Translations under genes and position numbers: made by a program
Shown: positions 51,410 to 64,000 of the stretch, piece by piece
Numbering within the stretch: the first letter of the stretch is position 1
Layout: every line of letters begins with the position of its first letter
Notes under the pieces: model-generated
What the model saw: the letters and a program-made list of their open reading frames with translations, nothing else
The model's database searches: none
What the model was told of the DNA's origin: nothing
Source of the DNA: Narcine bancroftii
Taxonomy: Eukaryota
Length of the DNA stretch: 64,000 bases
Assembly: GCF_036971445.1 (NCBI RefSeq)
Contig: NC_091473.1
Span: forward strand, 233,182,001-233,246,000
Direction: 5' to 3'

Positions 51410-52620
51410 ACTGTATCCAAGCTAAAGATACATTTACAGAAGAGAGCAATGTAAAGAAATAAATGTAAACAAACTGATTGTGGAATACAGAAAAAAATAT
51501 TCAGTTATAAATAATATGTAAAGTAAGAGTCCTTAAATGTTTGTTGTTTTGGGGTCTGATGTTGGATGGAGTCAACTGTTCCTGAACTTGGTGGTATACC
51601 TCATTTTTTTCTGACGGCAGGACTGAAAACAGAGTCTGTTCTGGGTGACGTGGATCCTCAGTAATAGCTGCTGCTCTCCAATGGCAGCATTCCATGTAAA
51701 TTTTCTCGATTGGGTGGGGAGAATGGTTTTGCCTGTGATGGACTGGACTGTCTCCACTACCTTTCGCAGGGCTTTCTGCTCAGAGGTATTGGTGCCCCTG
51801 TAGCAGGCCATTATGCAGTCAGTTAGCAGATCTTTCATTACACATCTGTAAATGTTTGCCAAGGTTTCCTATGTCATTCCAAACCTCTGCAAACTTCTGG
51901 AGAAGCAGAGATGCTTTCGTGCTTTTTTCACGATGACAGTTGTGTGTTGGGATCAGGAAAGATCATCCAAGATAGTGACGCCAAGGAATTTATATTTGCT
52001 CACCTTTTCCACCTCTGATATCCCAATGATTACTAAATCATACACCTCTGGTTTTGCCTTCCTCAAATCAACAATCAGCTCCTTGGCTTTGGTGATATTG
52101 AGTGCGAGCTTGTTGTTAGTACACCGTTCAGCTAAGTTTTCATTCTCCCTCCTGTATGCTGACTCATCACTTTTTTTACAACCCACTACCATGGTATAGT
52201 TAGCGAATTTGTAGATAGTGTTGTTGTTGTACCAAGGTGTAAAGCGAGTAGTGTAGGGGACTAAGAATGGAGCCCTTTGGTGCTCCAGTGGTGTTGGAGA
52301 TTGTGGAAGAGATTTTTACAAATCCTCACTGATATTGTGGTCTTGAGGTGAAGAAATCCAGGATCAAATTGCACAGGTCTTGGAATTCCCTGATAATTTT
52401 TGAGGGGATGATGGTATTGAATGCTGACATGTAATTGGTAAAAAGCCTTATGATGTATGCATCTTTGCTGTTCATGCGTTTGTGTAGAGCCAATGAGGTG
52501 GCACCTGCCATAGACCTGTTGCTATGATAGGCAAATTAGAGCAGATCCATGTTGCTGCTCAGACAGGAGCTGATATGCTTCAACTCAGGCCACTCAATAC
52601 ACTTCATCACTGTGGATGTG
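51410..52620 (-). mobile_element. Rex1/Babar-like LINE 3' portion
   Basis: SAFNTIIPSK, LNITKAKELIVDLRK and YKFLGVTI motifs. Confidence 0.82.
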
Positions 52621-52779
52621 AGTACCATTTTATCGTGGGATCTGATGTTCTTCCAAGCACTTTTTTCCTGGCTTGGCAAACTCCCAAATATCCCAATGGC
52701 CAATTCCTCTGTAATGTGATCTTTCTACCTCTGTCTGAAAAATTGTAGGTTTAAATTTAAATATGAGTTTTTTTTTTAA

Positions 52780-53018
52780 ATTAGACATGCAGCACAGTAA
52801 CAGGCCATTTTGGCCCACGAGTCCGTGCCATCCAATTTACACCCAATTAACCTACAACCTGCATATGTTTCAAATGGTTGGAGGAAACTAGAGCCCAACC
52901 CACGCTGATGTGGGGAGAATGTACAAGCCCCTTACAGGCAGCACAGGATTGGGACCCTGGTCCTGATTGCTGGCGCTGTAAAGGCATTGTACTAACTGCT
53001 ACACCAAATGTGCCACCT
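52780..53018 (-). mobile_element. tRNA-derived SINE copy
   Basis: Family core. Confidence 0.8.
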
Positions 53019-53204
53019 TATTGACTTCTTCAAATAATGCTCCTTAACAACAAAATATTCAAACTGCATAGTTTGTACTCACGTGATCTATGACCTCCTA
53101 CGATCTAAATTAATTCTCACCTGTGCTTTGACTGTTTTGCTCATGTAGTCCAATGTCACCTTCATTCTCTGCTTCCTCTCGCCAAGCACATTCTTGGCTG
53201 CTGT

Positions 53205-53880
53205 TCGGGGACTCAGCAGGTCAGGCAGCATCTATAGAGAGAAATGGTCAGTTAATGTTTTGGGTGGTGACCTAAGGTGGGAAAGGGATAAAATAGGCAT
53301 TAAAATCGAGGGGGGGGGGAAGAGAAGAGCTGGGGAGGAACCAAGAGGTAATAGGATATTGGAAAGATAATGGTAGGAGAGCTGAGAAAGGGGTAGAGAT
53401 CACAAAAAGGAGTTGAGTGAAGGGCAAGTATATATGTGAGGAAAATGGTAGCAGTTGAAGGGCAGATGGAAACATTAGAGCTCGTTCAGGGTAGCAGTTA
53501 CATGAAATTGGAAAATTCAGTGTTCATACCATTGGATTGGGGGCTAACTAGATGGTATTTAATGTGCTGTTCCTCAAGTTAGTGTTTAGCTTCAGCATGA
53601 CAATGAAGTACAGACAGGTTTGTGGGGATATGGGAAGAGGAATTAAAATTTTGGGCAACTGTTTGGACAGTACGGAGGTGCAAAGCAATTGCCAATCGTT
53701 TGGCCTCCGCGTTGCAGGGAATACCACATGGAGAGCAGGGTGGATAAGGGAGGGAGGGCACACCAACAAACATGGGGAGGAGGAATGGCTTGACAAATGA
53801 AGAGGGAAGGGGGTGGAGAACTGGAGGAAAGAAAGGAGGGAAAACGGGAAAGTAGGCTAGCAGAAAAAGGAGTCATATTA
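53205..53880. mobile_element. Penelope-like element remnant
   Basis: actcagcaggtcaggcagcatct terminal motif followed by a purine-rich body. Confidence 0.5.
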
Positions 53881-56009
53881 ACACCTAGAATTCACAATAA
53901 AACATCATAAGACAGATGCAATCAAAGAAAAAATATTCTCATTGTTTTACAATAGCAACAGATAAAATGAAATGAAATTCTCCAGTCAGAGTTTGGCTTC
54001 TGCATTTGCAAAATTAATTTAATCTCCACTATGTCTGATATGTCCAACCGCAATGCAATTCGTTATCTTGCTTTTCCAGCTGGTTACTCTGTACTGAGTG
54101 ACATTTTAAAGAGATGTAAATTGATATGTAGTCAGGGAATAAGCACGATACCATATTAAACCCTAGTAAACCCTCGTAAGGACTGCCGTCATGGGTATGA
54201 CACTTCATAACTTATTTATTGATTCCAGAACTATTTTCCATCTTAAGTCAGAGCACTCTTCACATACTCTTCTGGGTTATAGATTCTGCGGGCACTTTAT
54301 TTTTGCATTATGCATCAAGCAATGTATGTATATCATGTGAGGTGGTGACATGTGGCAGTTCCAGAGTTAAGGCTGTTGAAATGTTAATCTTCTAGATCAG
54401 GATACCCACTTTAATCCTTTTCCCTCCAACCCTTACACCTCTAAATATGGCAAACTATAATTCATTTCACACGTCTCTGAGTAAACTTTGTATGGATGTG
54501 CTGCTGTTCTTAAGTGAATAAAAGCGTATTGGTTTCTCAACAACAGCCTTTCAAATAATTGATGGTGCATCTTCAGGCCTTCGAAGAGATAAACACTGTT
54601 TCAGATCATAGCCTCCAAAGAAAGATAGAGTTATCTATAGGAAGAACAGACATTGGCGTAGATCTTATTTTTTTGCAACTGTGTAAAATGATACAACCCA
54701 CTCAGCATTGTGGTGGGACCAGAAGAAAAGTGTTGCACCCCAATTAAAATTGAAACAGAGTCATTGGAGAGCTCAAACATACCATAAGGTGCAAAGAAAT
54801 TGAGAAAGAGGGTGAGAGAGATAGCATCTGGTCCAAGCCGCTGGGAACATCTAGATACCATCTGTGTTGATAGCCTTTTCACCACTACAGTCATTAAATT
54901 GAAAAATAATGCAAATAGTTTTGTGGAAAGGATAGGCATGAATATGGGAGCCAAGAACACATCAAAGAAAAAAATGTGTTATGACGTATGCTATCATAAT
55001 TTCAAGCCAAGGTCATGTACAGGTTTAAATTGTTCCTTTTTGAGGTCAATAGAGGAAAATTTATATGGATAGACAGGATGGATTATGAAGTTCTTTTCTT
55101 TAAGATATTTTTATTGAAGTTTGCAATAAAACAAAAATTTAACAATACAATTTTGTATTGCAATAAAAATTACAAGAAAAAGAAAACAAAAACACCCCTG
55201 TTCATTCAAAACCCCGACCCCTATACAAGGTTGGGGAAAAAAAAGTAATGTGGTATCCAGTGGCGACAAGCTGGGAATAGACAGCACAGCATTGGAGCTT
55301 TTAACAACCCTAAAACTTTAGATTGTGGTAATGGTCCATAAAAGGGCATCATATCTTCAGGAAATTCGTATTTGAATCTTTAATGGCACATCTAATTTTT
55401 TTTTTCCAAGACGTACTATCCCTTGGCTGTTGTGTAGGTGGAGTGTTACCTTTCCATTTAATCAAAATTGCACGTCTGGCCACAAATGAAGTAAAAGATA
55501 ACATTCAGTTTTGTGTTGAAGTCAATAAAATGTCAGCGTTTAGATAAATGTTAGATGATGGACTTCTAAAGACTCTCAAAACAAATTAAAAGATATGAAT
55601 ATTTGCCACATTACATTTTAAAAAAAGGGAGATTGCACAGATGGCTTGGGATGTAACAACAGAATTGATAAGAATAGAATGGTTAAGCAGGATGTGGCAA
55701 TAGTGTGCAATGAGGTACAGGATATTCATGTATGATGATTAAGACTTTAGTTCTACAACCACAAAACATCAATTTTGAGTATATTTACATGGAATAAACA
55801 CCTGGTGCACTTTTGACCAATTTGGACTTGAGTGCCAGAAAGGGGTTGTGAGAGAAATTGCTGTTCAAAAGGACTGAGCCTGACAGATGGAGTCAATCTT
55901 CTATGAGAGCAAGGTAAGTATGAGGCTAGACCAACAGGAATAAATCAAGGATTGTTTAAAGACACCCCAGGGTGTTTTTTTTTCTTTTAATTCAATTTTT
56001 AAAATTTCG

Positions 56010-56243
56010 ACATACAGCATGGGAACAACCCCTTCCAGCCCACAAGCTTGTGCCACCCAAATACCCCAATTGACCCTAACTCCCATACGTTTTGAAGGAT
56101 GGAATGAAACCAGAGCACTGGGAGGAATCCCACGCAGACACGGGGAGAAGGTACAAACTCCTTACAGACAGTGCCGGATTTGAACCATGGTTTTATTGGT
56201 CCTGCAATAGAATTGTGGCAACTGCTATGCTAACTGTGCCACC
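56010..56243 (-). mobile_element. tRNA-derived SINE copy
   Basis: Family core. Confidence 0.8.
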
Positions 56244-57261
56244 CCAAATGATGTTACCATAGTTCTATTTCATAATTTAAAAAAAAAACATGGAGAAATC
56301 CAACCACATTTCTGTCAATAATGTGGATTAGTACTTTGTGTTTACAGCTGCTTGAGTTCAATATGAGGAATAGCAGAAGGCAGGCACTTGTGCGAAGCAA
56401 TTCTTGGTGTTTCATTCTGCTAGTTAAATACATTTTTGTTTCAAAGCTTTGCAATTTCACAGCAAGGGTAATTTTCATGATAATACATTTGTCCTCAGTC
56501 TTTTACCACAAAATCTAATTTGAGCCACATCAACATCTCCAAAACCTGCATTTTAAGTTGGTTGCACTACTTTCTGTTCAGTGGTGCCAGAATATAGCAG
56601 AGCCACAAATTAAGTGTGAACATAATCTGGTCACCTGCTCCTCGCAAATGCTTCCCAACATTACTCAGAAGAGTGCAAGCTTACTTATTCATTATGACCT
56701 TTCTTGTGAACTTGCGATCAATTTTTTTTTTACAGCTTGCATGTGATCATTTAAAAGCTGTATCAATTCTCGCCAACACAGGAATAGCATACTAGTCGAA
56801 CCAGAAAGAATGTAGAAGGGTATTCTGTCCAATATGTAATGAAGATGCAAATCTCATTAAAAACTGTAATCCACCCTTTACAGATTTTTTTTTTTGTTTA
56901 CTTGTTCTTTATCGTCATTAGGTTTATTCCACGTCTCTGATTTAAAGATAGGCTCCCTGGCATAAATGATTAGCATCTAAATATTTCCAGTCTGGTAGAT
57001 TGCCAGGAGACATGGTGGCTAAGAATGAACCTGTCCTTGAACAGGATTTACATTCAGGGTTTTACAGGTTCAATTTTTTTGGGAAATGAGCATCGCTGAC
57101 AAGGTTGGATTTTTGTGCCCATTGAAAATTACCCTTGAAAAGGTGGTGAAGAACAGTCTTCTTGAACTACTGGTTATTATAAGGCCATAGTGTTGAACAG
57201 ATTTAAATAATAGGGAGATTTGGGATTTAGAATAATGACCTATTTATTTGTATAATAGTGT

Positions 57262-57500
57262 ATACCGTGTAAAAGTCGACCCCACGCCCCCAAATTTTTG
57301 GTCCTGATTACCCGTTGATCTGAGCTTGCAATTCCCCAAGCATGGACTTGCCACCTGTCCTGGCCATCCAAGCTCCTGATGCCTTGAACAACACAGGTAC
57401 TTACTGTAGTCAAAGTTTGACCCGTGTAAAAGTCAACCCCACCAAAATTTACCTGAAAATTTGGTCCAGAAACTCGACTGTTACAAGAATATATAGAGTA
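57262..57500. mobile_element. Tc1/mariner-type non-autonomous DNA element remnant
   Basis: Repeated ccgtgtaaaagtc(g/a)acccc motif and TA-bounded ends. Confidence 0.45.
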
Positions 57501-58085
57501 ATGATGAAGAATATTATGTACACAAAATCTGTTTTCTTTTGTCTGCTCTGCAATGGCACACAGAGGTGCCACAGGTCCAATGCCCCATCAGGAAAAGCAC
57601 AAGTCCTTTCAGAGACGGTGTCTGTAGATCCGCGCTCCCACAACCTCCATGGCCACATGGCCTCTTGTTCATTTCAGCTGTGAACCAGAACTCCAGGCAT
57701 CTGTCAAACTCCTTGGCCTCAGGTTCTGAACCACCGATATGATTAGGATGCTGTTAGCACCCAATGACCTTTCAGAGCTCTCCTCATTATCAGCACTCTC
57801 AAGAATCCTGGTCTTGACATCTTGTTCCTAGGAGCTTGCCTCCTGCAGTTCCCAGCCTGGTGTAAGGCCTCTGCTGCTGGTCCCCACATTGGTCCACTGC
57901 AGTGGCTCTCAGGTCCTCTCCCAGTCTTCCCCTTCTCAGTGGGGAAGATGTCCTCCCACTCTGATGCCCAATGCTGGTCTGCTGCTCCCCTGGAGCCTGC
58001 AACCCACATGGTCTAGGCTGCTGAACATTGCCATCTTGGGCATAAACCTCTGTGCGTTCTCCAATGCTTTACAAAAAAATGGCAT

Positions 58086-58379
58086 TGTGGTGCACTAGTG
58101 GACAGAAGCAAACACACAAAACCTAAAGTCTGTACAACAGGCTTTATTTGACATAAACTTCCACAGAGCCAGATGTGAGGAGAGCTGCTGTAAACTCTGA
58201 GAGTGCCTTCAAAGGGCCGGCTCAGGCTTATATCCCGGAGGGTGATTGACACCTGACTGGGTGAGGCTTGGTCTATTCAGGTCAGCTGATTAACAACCGG
58301 CCAGGTGTTGTCTTGTCCCCATGCTCTTCTGCAGGTATAGAGGTTGCCCTCTGCAGTAGGCCAATGGTGGACCACCACA
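58086..58379 (-). mobile_element. Solo LTR (294 bp) with 5-bp TSD GGCAT
   Basis: TGTGGTG...CACCACA termini, exact GGCAT flanks, minus-strand TATA-like (~58230) and AATAAA (~58145). Confidence 0.85.
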
Positions 58380-59274
58380 GGCATCAGCCCTGTCCAACAG
58401 CTAGGATGAACTTGTCCAGAGCCAACAGCATGGTGATGGAAGAAGGCTGGAAGATAAGTTTCCTCTCCCCACTCCTCCTGGGTCTGCACCTTGTTGGAGA
58501 TTTCAAGGGTTTAGGGAAAAGCAGATGGTTCCCAAGGTATGAGCTGTGACACTTTTTGTATATATCACAGGGGTGCGCAGGTAATGGTGGGGAAGAATGT
58601 AGATGAGGTACCAATTCAGTGGGCTACTTCATCCTGAATGACATAACATTTCTTGGGAGCTAGAAATGGATTCATTCTGGCAAATGGAGTATATTCCATC
58701 ATAGTCCAGATCTGTGCTTTGAAAATGGTGGCGAGGTTTCGGGGTTATATAATGTCACTCACGGCCGGATTCCTGGTCTCTGCCTAAAGTCATTGTATTG
58801 GCATTGCTGGTCCAATTGAGTTTCTGGTCAATGAGACGACAGAATGTTGATAATGGAGGATTTATAATTTCAGTATCAAGGATAGATAGACACTTTCATA
58901 ATGGATCTGATCAGTGCCTGATTCATAGATGTTTTAGAAATTAAATGTAATTTGGTAATATTACTAGCACCTGGTATTCAGTTTAAGGCTGTAATCCAAA
59001 CCTACCATCAAATTTGGAAACATTTGGACAGATTTGGCAGTCATGATGTAATCAGAATTACATCAGAATGTTCCAACAATTAAGTACCTTGTTGCTCATC
59101 TGAAATCTTGCATTTAATCAAAACTAAAAACAGTAAGTTTTATTCCAGAATGGTAATTTTTTTATGCATTGTTTGTAAATTGTAGAATGCAATAAATAGT
59201 TCAGCAGGGAGCATGCTTACATGATTTATCTATTTAAAAACCTCAATGATCAGATGACTTATTTAGTTTTAATT

Positions 59275-59460
59275 TAGAGGTACAGCCCAGTTACAGGACC
59301 TTCCAGCCCAAGAGCCTGTACTGCCCAAATGCACCAATTAACATACAAGTTTTTGGAAGCTGGGAGGAAACCCACTCGGACATGTGGAGAACATACAAAT
59401 TTCTTACAAAGAGTGGCAGATTTGAATCCAGGTCGCTGGTGCTGTATTAGCCTTGTGCAG
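59275..59460 (-). mobile_element. tRNA-derived SINE copy
   Basis: Family core. Confidence 0.75.
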
Positions 59461-60249
59461 CCCTCTGTTATTTTTAATATCTGAAATTTTTGAGCACTCT
59501 TATAAGAGAGAGGACAAGGCAAAATTAGGAAAAGATTATATTAAAGCAGTTTGTCTCAAAATTGAAGCCATTTGTACAGTTACTAATGTGCCATTTTCTC
59601 GGTTAAAAACTGCTTTGCATTACCCTGACAATCATTTTAGATGCTTTTTATTTATTATTAAGTGATGAAAGAAAAATATAATGTTACATGAAATTGCCTT
59701 TAGTCTGCTATAAGGCAGGAAAAGATTTGCTGTTACCATTGCTTGGCGCACCCTATAGTCAGGGAAAGCGAAGCAAAAGAAAGTCCCCTCAGTCGCCAAC
59801 TGTTGGTGCCGCCGGTGCTCCCGCGGGCCGTGCAGCTGCACAAGGCTCCAGTTCAGTTCAAACCATTGGCAGCCTGAGCCCTGGTTGACCAAATAATAAT
59901 TGGGAAATTGAGCCAGGTACTTCCAGGTAATAAATCCTATGTTCGTCCTGTGCCTAATGTGCATCAATATCCGAGTTGACTGATGGAACAGATCAGTTAA
60001 TGGCGGGGGGCTCTGAATCATTTATATTACTCACAGTATATAGCAAAGTAATAAGTTGACAAAAAAGACAAACCATGTACCCACTGAACATGATACATTA
60101 CCCACTTGTTTGCTCTACCGAACGTATTTCCTTTGCTTCACGTCTGTACACAAGCATAATTAATGAACTAAGCACCAATACCATTTTGTCAATATTGTAG
60201 CATTTGCTAAGGGCAGCACGAGGTGAACCAGTAACTGACCTTTATTTTG

Positions 60250-60480
60250 AATGCCTCACGCGGCTAAAGGAGACCGTCCACTTCCTGTGAGGGGCGCGCT
60301 GGCCTTAGGAAGCGATGTCACTCCCGGCCCAGCTGCACACAACAGGGAAGCGACACTGACCCCTGGGCAATGCATGTCACCAACCCCGGGCTTCTCTTCA
60401 AAATGGAAGGGGGGGGCTCGCGCCATCTTGTATCAGATGACTGGGGCCGTCTAACCGTGTGATCGCTCGGTCCGCTGCAA
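60250..60480. promoter_or_regulatory. CpG-rich promoter-like patch (ETS CACTTCCTG, YY1-like CGCCATCTT and CAAAATGG)
   Basis: Local CpG enrichment and motifs only; no linked gene identified. Confidence 0.35.
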
Positions 60481-60855
60481 TATTCTATTTTCAATCTTAA
60501 TATTTGTGTTGCTTGCATACTTACTGAGGTATGAATTTGAGCATATATGACTGAGCTAAATAATTTATTTATTAATTATTACCATGTATTCACTTCTGTA
60601 TTCGTACATTATTGCTCTTTATCATTATGAAATTAGTCATCAAAAATAAATAAAGTCCCAGTGCCTTGCTTGAGATAATGTTAAGTGAATACCACATCTC
60701 CTTGTCAATTATAGTTTCTGAACAACTATTTTTAAAAAATTTCTGCAGAATGGATGCTCATCCAAAAAATTTTCCAATGTTCTTTAGTCCATTTTATGTT
60801 CTGAAGATGAAAAGCATTTGTAAGTTGTGAATGATAAAGCAAGTATAGAGAAGAC

Positions 60856-61087
60856 ATGGTTAGCATAGCGGTTAACATAACGCCTTTACAGTGCCAGCGA
60901 CTGGGACCGGGGTTGAATCCTGCGTTGTCTGTAAGGAGTTGGTAAATTCTCCCGTGTCTGCATGTGTTTCTTCTGGATGCTTCTATTTCCTTCCACCATT
61001 CAAAATGTACCAGGAGTTGCAGATCAATTGGGTGTAAATGGGTGAGTTTGTAGGACAAAATCGCTTGTTACCGTACTGTACGTCTAA
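60856..61087 (+). mobile_element. tRNA-derived SINE copy
   Basis: Family core. Confidence 0.8.
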
Positions 61088-62344
61088 ATTTAAAAAAAAT
61101 TAAGACACTGGAGTTGGTGTGCCCGTGTACTTTGTACAAATTATTGAGGATTCCGAAACAGGCCATTGATCCAATAATTCTGTCTGTCTTAACGCTTCAA
61201 AAGGGTGTTTTTCCACCTTTCTCTGAAATCCACAGCATATCCTTCGATTTCTCTTCCAGCCATTGCCCACTCTTCTTGGTCCATCCTGCTAAGCCAAGCT
61301 AAGATTCCTTAATTTTGGTGTCAATTCGAAATGATGGTTTTAAAGGAAGAAAAGTTGTGTGTAAAATATAAATATTTCACAGTATTTTATTTTAAAGTGT
61401 GGAATATGTGCAACAAATATTTTAAATTCTATGAAAACTGAATAATTAGTCTGACGATTGTGAATTCATGCCAGCAGTGTTATTTTCCACAAATAATCAA
61501 ATGCACTCTTTGCAAACTTCTATAATTTGATCTGTTTGCATGCAATGCTAGGATTCACTAGCTGAAATGTAAAAAGATGAATGGCAGTCTCTGTCAACAT
61601 TGAGTAACTGACAAATGTTATTGACACAAGAAAATTATGAGGGTGCTGTTGATGAAAACATCATCCACATTCATAATGAATTTTGTTCTCTGAGTCTGTT
61701 ACTTGAGATCAATAGCAGCTGCCAAGGCATTTGATGAAGACTCTGTGCACTGTTTGGGTATTGCTTGCTTTGTACTGTGCCCCCAAATTTCACGTAGTAT
61801 TTTAGAAGTCCTAATCAAACAAAAGCGGAATTCATCAAAGCATTCTAATGTAATAAATAAACACTTCAGATGACAAGTCAAAATGCTGAGAGAGATGAAA
61901 TAAAGGAACAATGGACAGACGTTAAAATGGAACTCACAATTTAATGGAGTGCGTAGAATGTTTTTTTTTAACTTGGTACTGTGGTAAAGCGAAATCTTGC
62001 TCTCTTTACCAATAAGTTGTTATCTGGAAAGAATTTAAATGTTATTGCTTTTAGTCCTCAAGTGGAAAGCCAAAGGTCACTGTTCCATACGTTGACAATG
62101 AAAATATTGCTTCCTGAACAATTTTGGGCGTATTTTATAGATTTTGAGCTACCGATCATGAAAAATATCTTTAAATTTTCTTATCACAAGCCATTTTTTA
62201 TATATAACCTATTTTTATGACTTCCTGTCATATTTTATGTCTCCTTCAAGAATACAAAACAATGAAGTGCAACATGTCATTGAAAATTCATTTTCTGCAT
62301 TCGCATTTGGAAGTCTTCCCTGCTGATCATGGAGCAGTCAGTGG

Positions 62345-64000
62345 TGTTAGGTCTGCTTTGTTCATGAATGAATGAGTCAGACACCAGACTGAGTCAAAAT
62401 CAAGGTTCTTTATTCTTTATTACCGGATTGTAACACTTGCAACTAACAGTGTTAGTTGGAGAAGGCGCATTCTGCCGTTATCAGCAAGTGGTGTTTTTTT
62501 TATACCTCAGGATACGTCTGCTTCTTTGGCTTGGCTTCGCGGACGAAGATTTATGGAGGGGGTAAAAGTCCACGTCAGCTGCAGGCTCGTTTGTGGCTGA
62601 CAAGTCCGATGCGGGACAGGCAGACACGGTTGCAGCGGCTGCAGGGGAAAATTGGTTGGTTGGGGTTGGGTGTTGGGTTTTTCCTCCTTTGCCTTTTGTC
62701 AGTGAAGTGGGCTCTGCGGTCTTCTTCAAAGGAGGTTGCTGCCCGGCGAACTGTGAGGCGCCAAGATGCACGGTTTGAGGCGATATCAGCCCACTGGCGG
62801 TGGTCAATGTGGCAGGCACCAAGAGATTTCTTTAGGCAGTCCTTATACCTTTTCTTTGGTGCACCTCTGTCACGGTGGCCAGTGGAGAGCTCGCCATATA
62901 ACACGATCTTGGGAAGGCGATGGTCCTCCATTCTGGAGATGTGACCCACCCAGCCCAGCTGGATCTTCAGCAGCATGGACTTGATGCTGTCAACCTCTGC
63001 CATCTTGAGTACTTCGACGTTAGGGATGAAAGCACTCAAATGGATGTTGAGGATGGAGCGGAGATAACGCTGGTGGAAGCGTTCTAGGAGCCGTAGGTGA
63101 TGCCGGTAGAGGACCCATGATTCGGAGCCGAACAGGAGTGTGGGTATGACAACGGCTCTGTATACGCTTATCTTTGTGAGGTTTTTCAGTTGGTTGTTTT
63201 TCCAGACTCTTGTGTAGTCTTCCAAAGGCGCTATTTGCCTTGGCGAGTCTGTTGTCTATCTCATTGTCGATCCTTGCATCTGATGAAATGGTGCAGCCGA
63301 GATAGGTAAACTGGTTGACCGTTTTGAGTTTTGTGTGCCCGATGGAGATGTGGGGGGGCTGGTAGTCATGGTGGGGAGCTGGTTGATGGAGGACCTCAGT
63401 TTTCTTCAGGCTGACTTCCAGGCCAAACATTTTGGCAGTTTCCGCAAAGCAGGACGTCAAGCGCTGAAGAGCTGGCTCTGAATGGGCAACTAAAGCGGCA
63501 TCGTCTGCAAAGAGTAGTTCACGGACAAGTTTCTCTTGTGTCTTGGTGTGAGCTTGCAGGCGCCTCAGATTGAAGAGACTGCCATCCGTGCAGTACCGGA
63601 TGTAAACAGCGTCTTCATTGTTGGGGTCTTTCATGGCTTGGTTCAGCATCATGCTGAAGAAGATTGAAAAGAGGGTTGGTGCGAGAACACAGCCTTGCTT
63701 CACGCCAGTGTTAATGGAGAAGGGTTCAGAGAGCTCATTGCTGTATCTGACCCGACCTTGTTGGTTTTCGTGCAGTTGGATAATCATGTTGAGGAACTTT
63801 GGGGGATATCCGATGCGCTCTACATCACCTTTGTTGACCTCACCAAAGCCTTCGACACCGGTCAGGATACGTACTTAGTAAATTATCATACCATGACATT
63901 GTCCAATGAATAAACTGTTGCTATCCTTCTCTGTTAGTCTGCTGCACATCATTCTTGTTAGTGCCACGCTTATCTTGAGTGGACAAGGTCACATCTGCAT
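62345..64000 (-). mobile_element. LTR-like sequence split by the RTE insertion
   Basis: TGTT terminus at 62345; minus-strand AATAAA x2 (~62408-62420) and TATAAAA (~62497-62504); continues after the RTE TSD. Confidence 0.55.
62518..63860 (-). mobile_element. RTE (BovB-like clade) LINE, 5'-truncated with a short 5' inversion; 11-bp TSD TCAGGATACGT
   Basis: GVKQGCVLAP, LLFADDA and FTYLG motifs, C-terminal C2HC; one frameshift near 63210; TSD at 62507-62517 and 63862-63872. Confidence 0.95.

Overview
Repeat-rich vertebrate genomic DNA. The repeat complement (HE1/V-SINE-like SINEs, CR1, Rex1/Babar, RTE, L1/Tx1 and Penelope-like remnants) suggests a cartilaginous fish; this is an inference. The left half holds the 5' part of an IGFN1-like muscle Ig/FN3 gene on the minus strand. 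I traced 18 coding exons from an ATG at 31537 down to 476, all with GT/AG borders and consistent phases. They encode about 1395 aa: three Ig domains, a 497-aa Gly/Met/Lys/Asp-rich disordered exon, two more Ig domains and three FN3 domains. The gene continues past position 1. The right half is intergenic and TE-rich, with a 129-N gap. Four observations stand out. (1) An RTE insertion duplicated an IGFN1 splice donor as its target-site duplication (TSD), creating a second in-frame donor that could add a 58-aa peptide with a hydrophobic tail. (2) A near-perfect 444-bp inverted duplication lies 78 nt from a 3' splice site. (3) An RTE LINE carries a twin-priming-type 5' inversion. (4) A CR1>L1>L1 nest has locally templated junction filler. 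No prokaryotic-type system such as CRISPR is present. TE boundaries are approximate unless a TSD is quoted.
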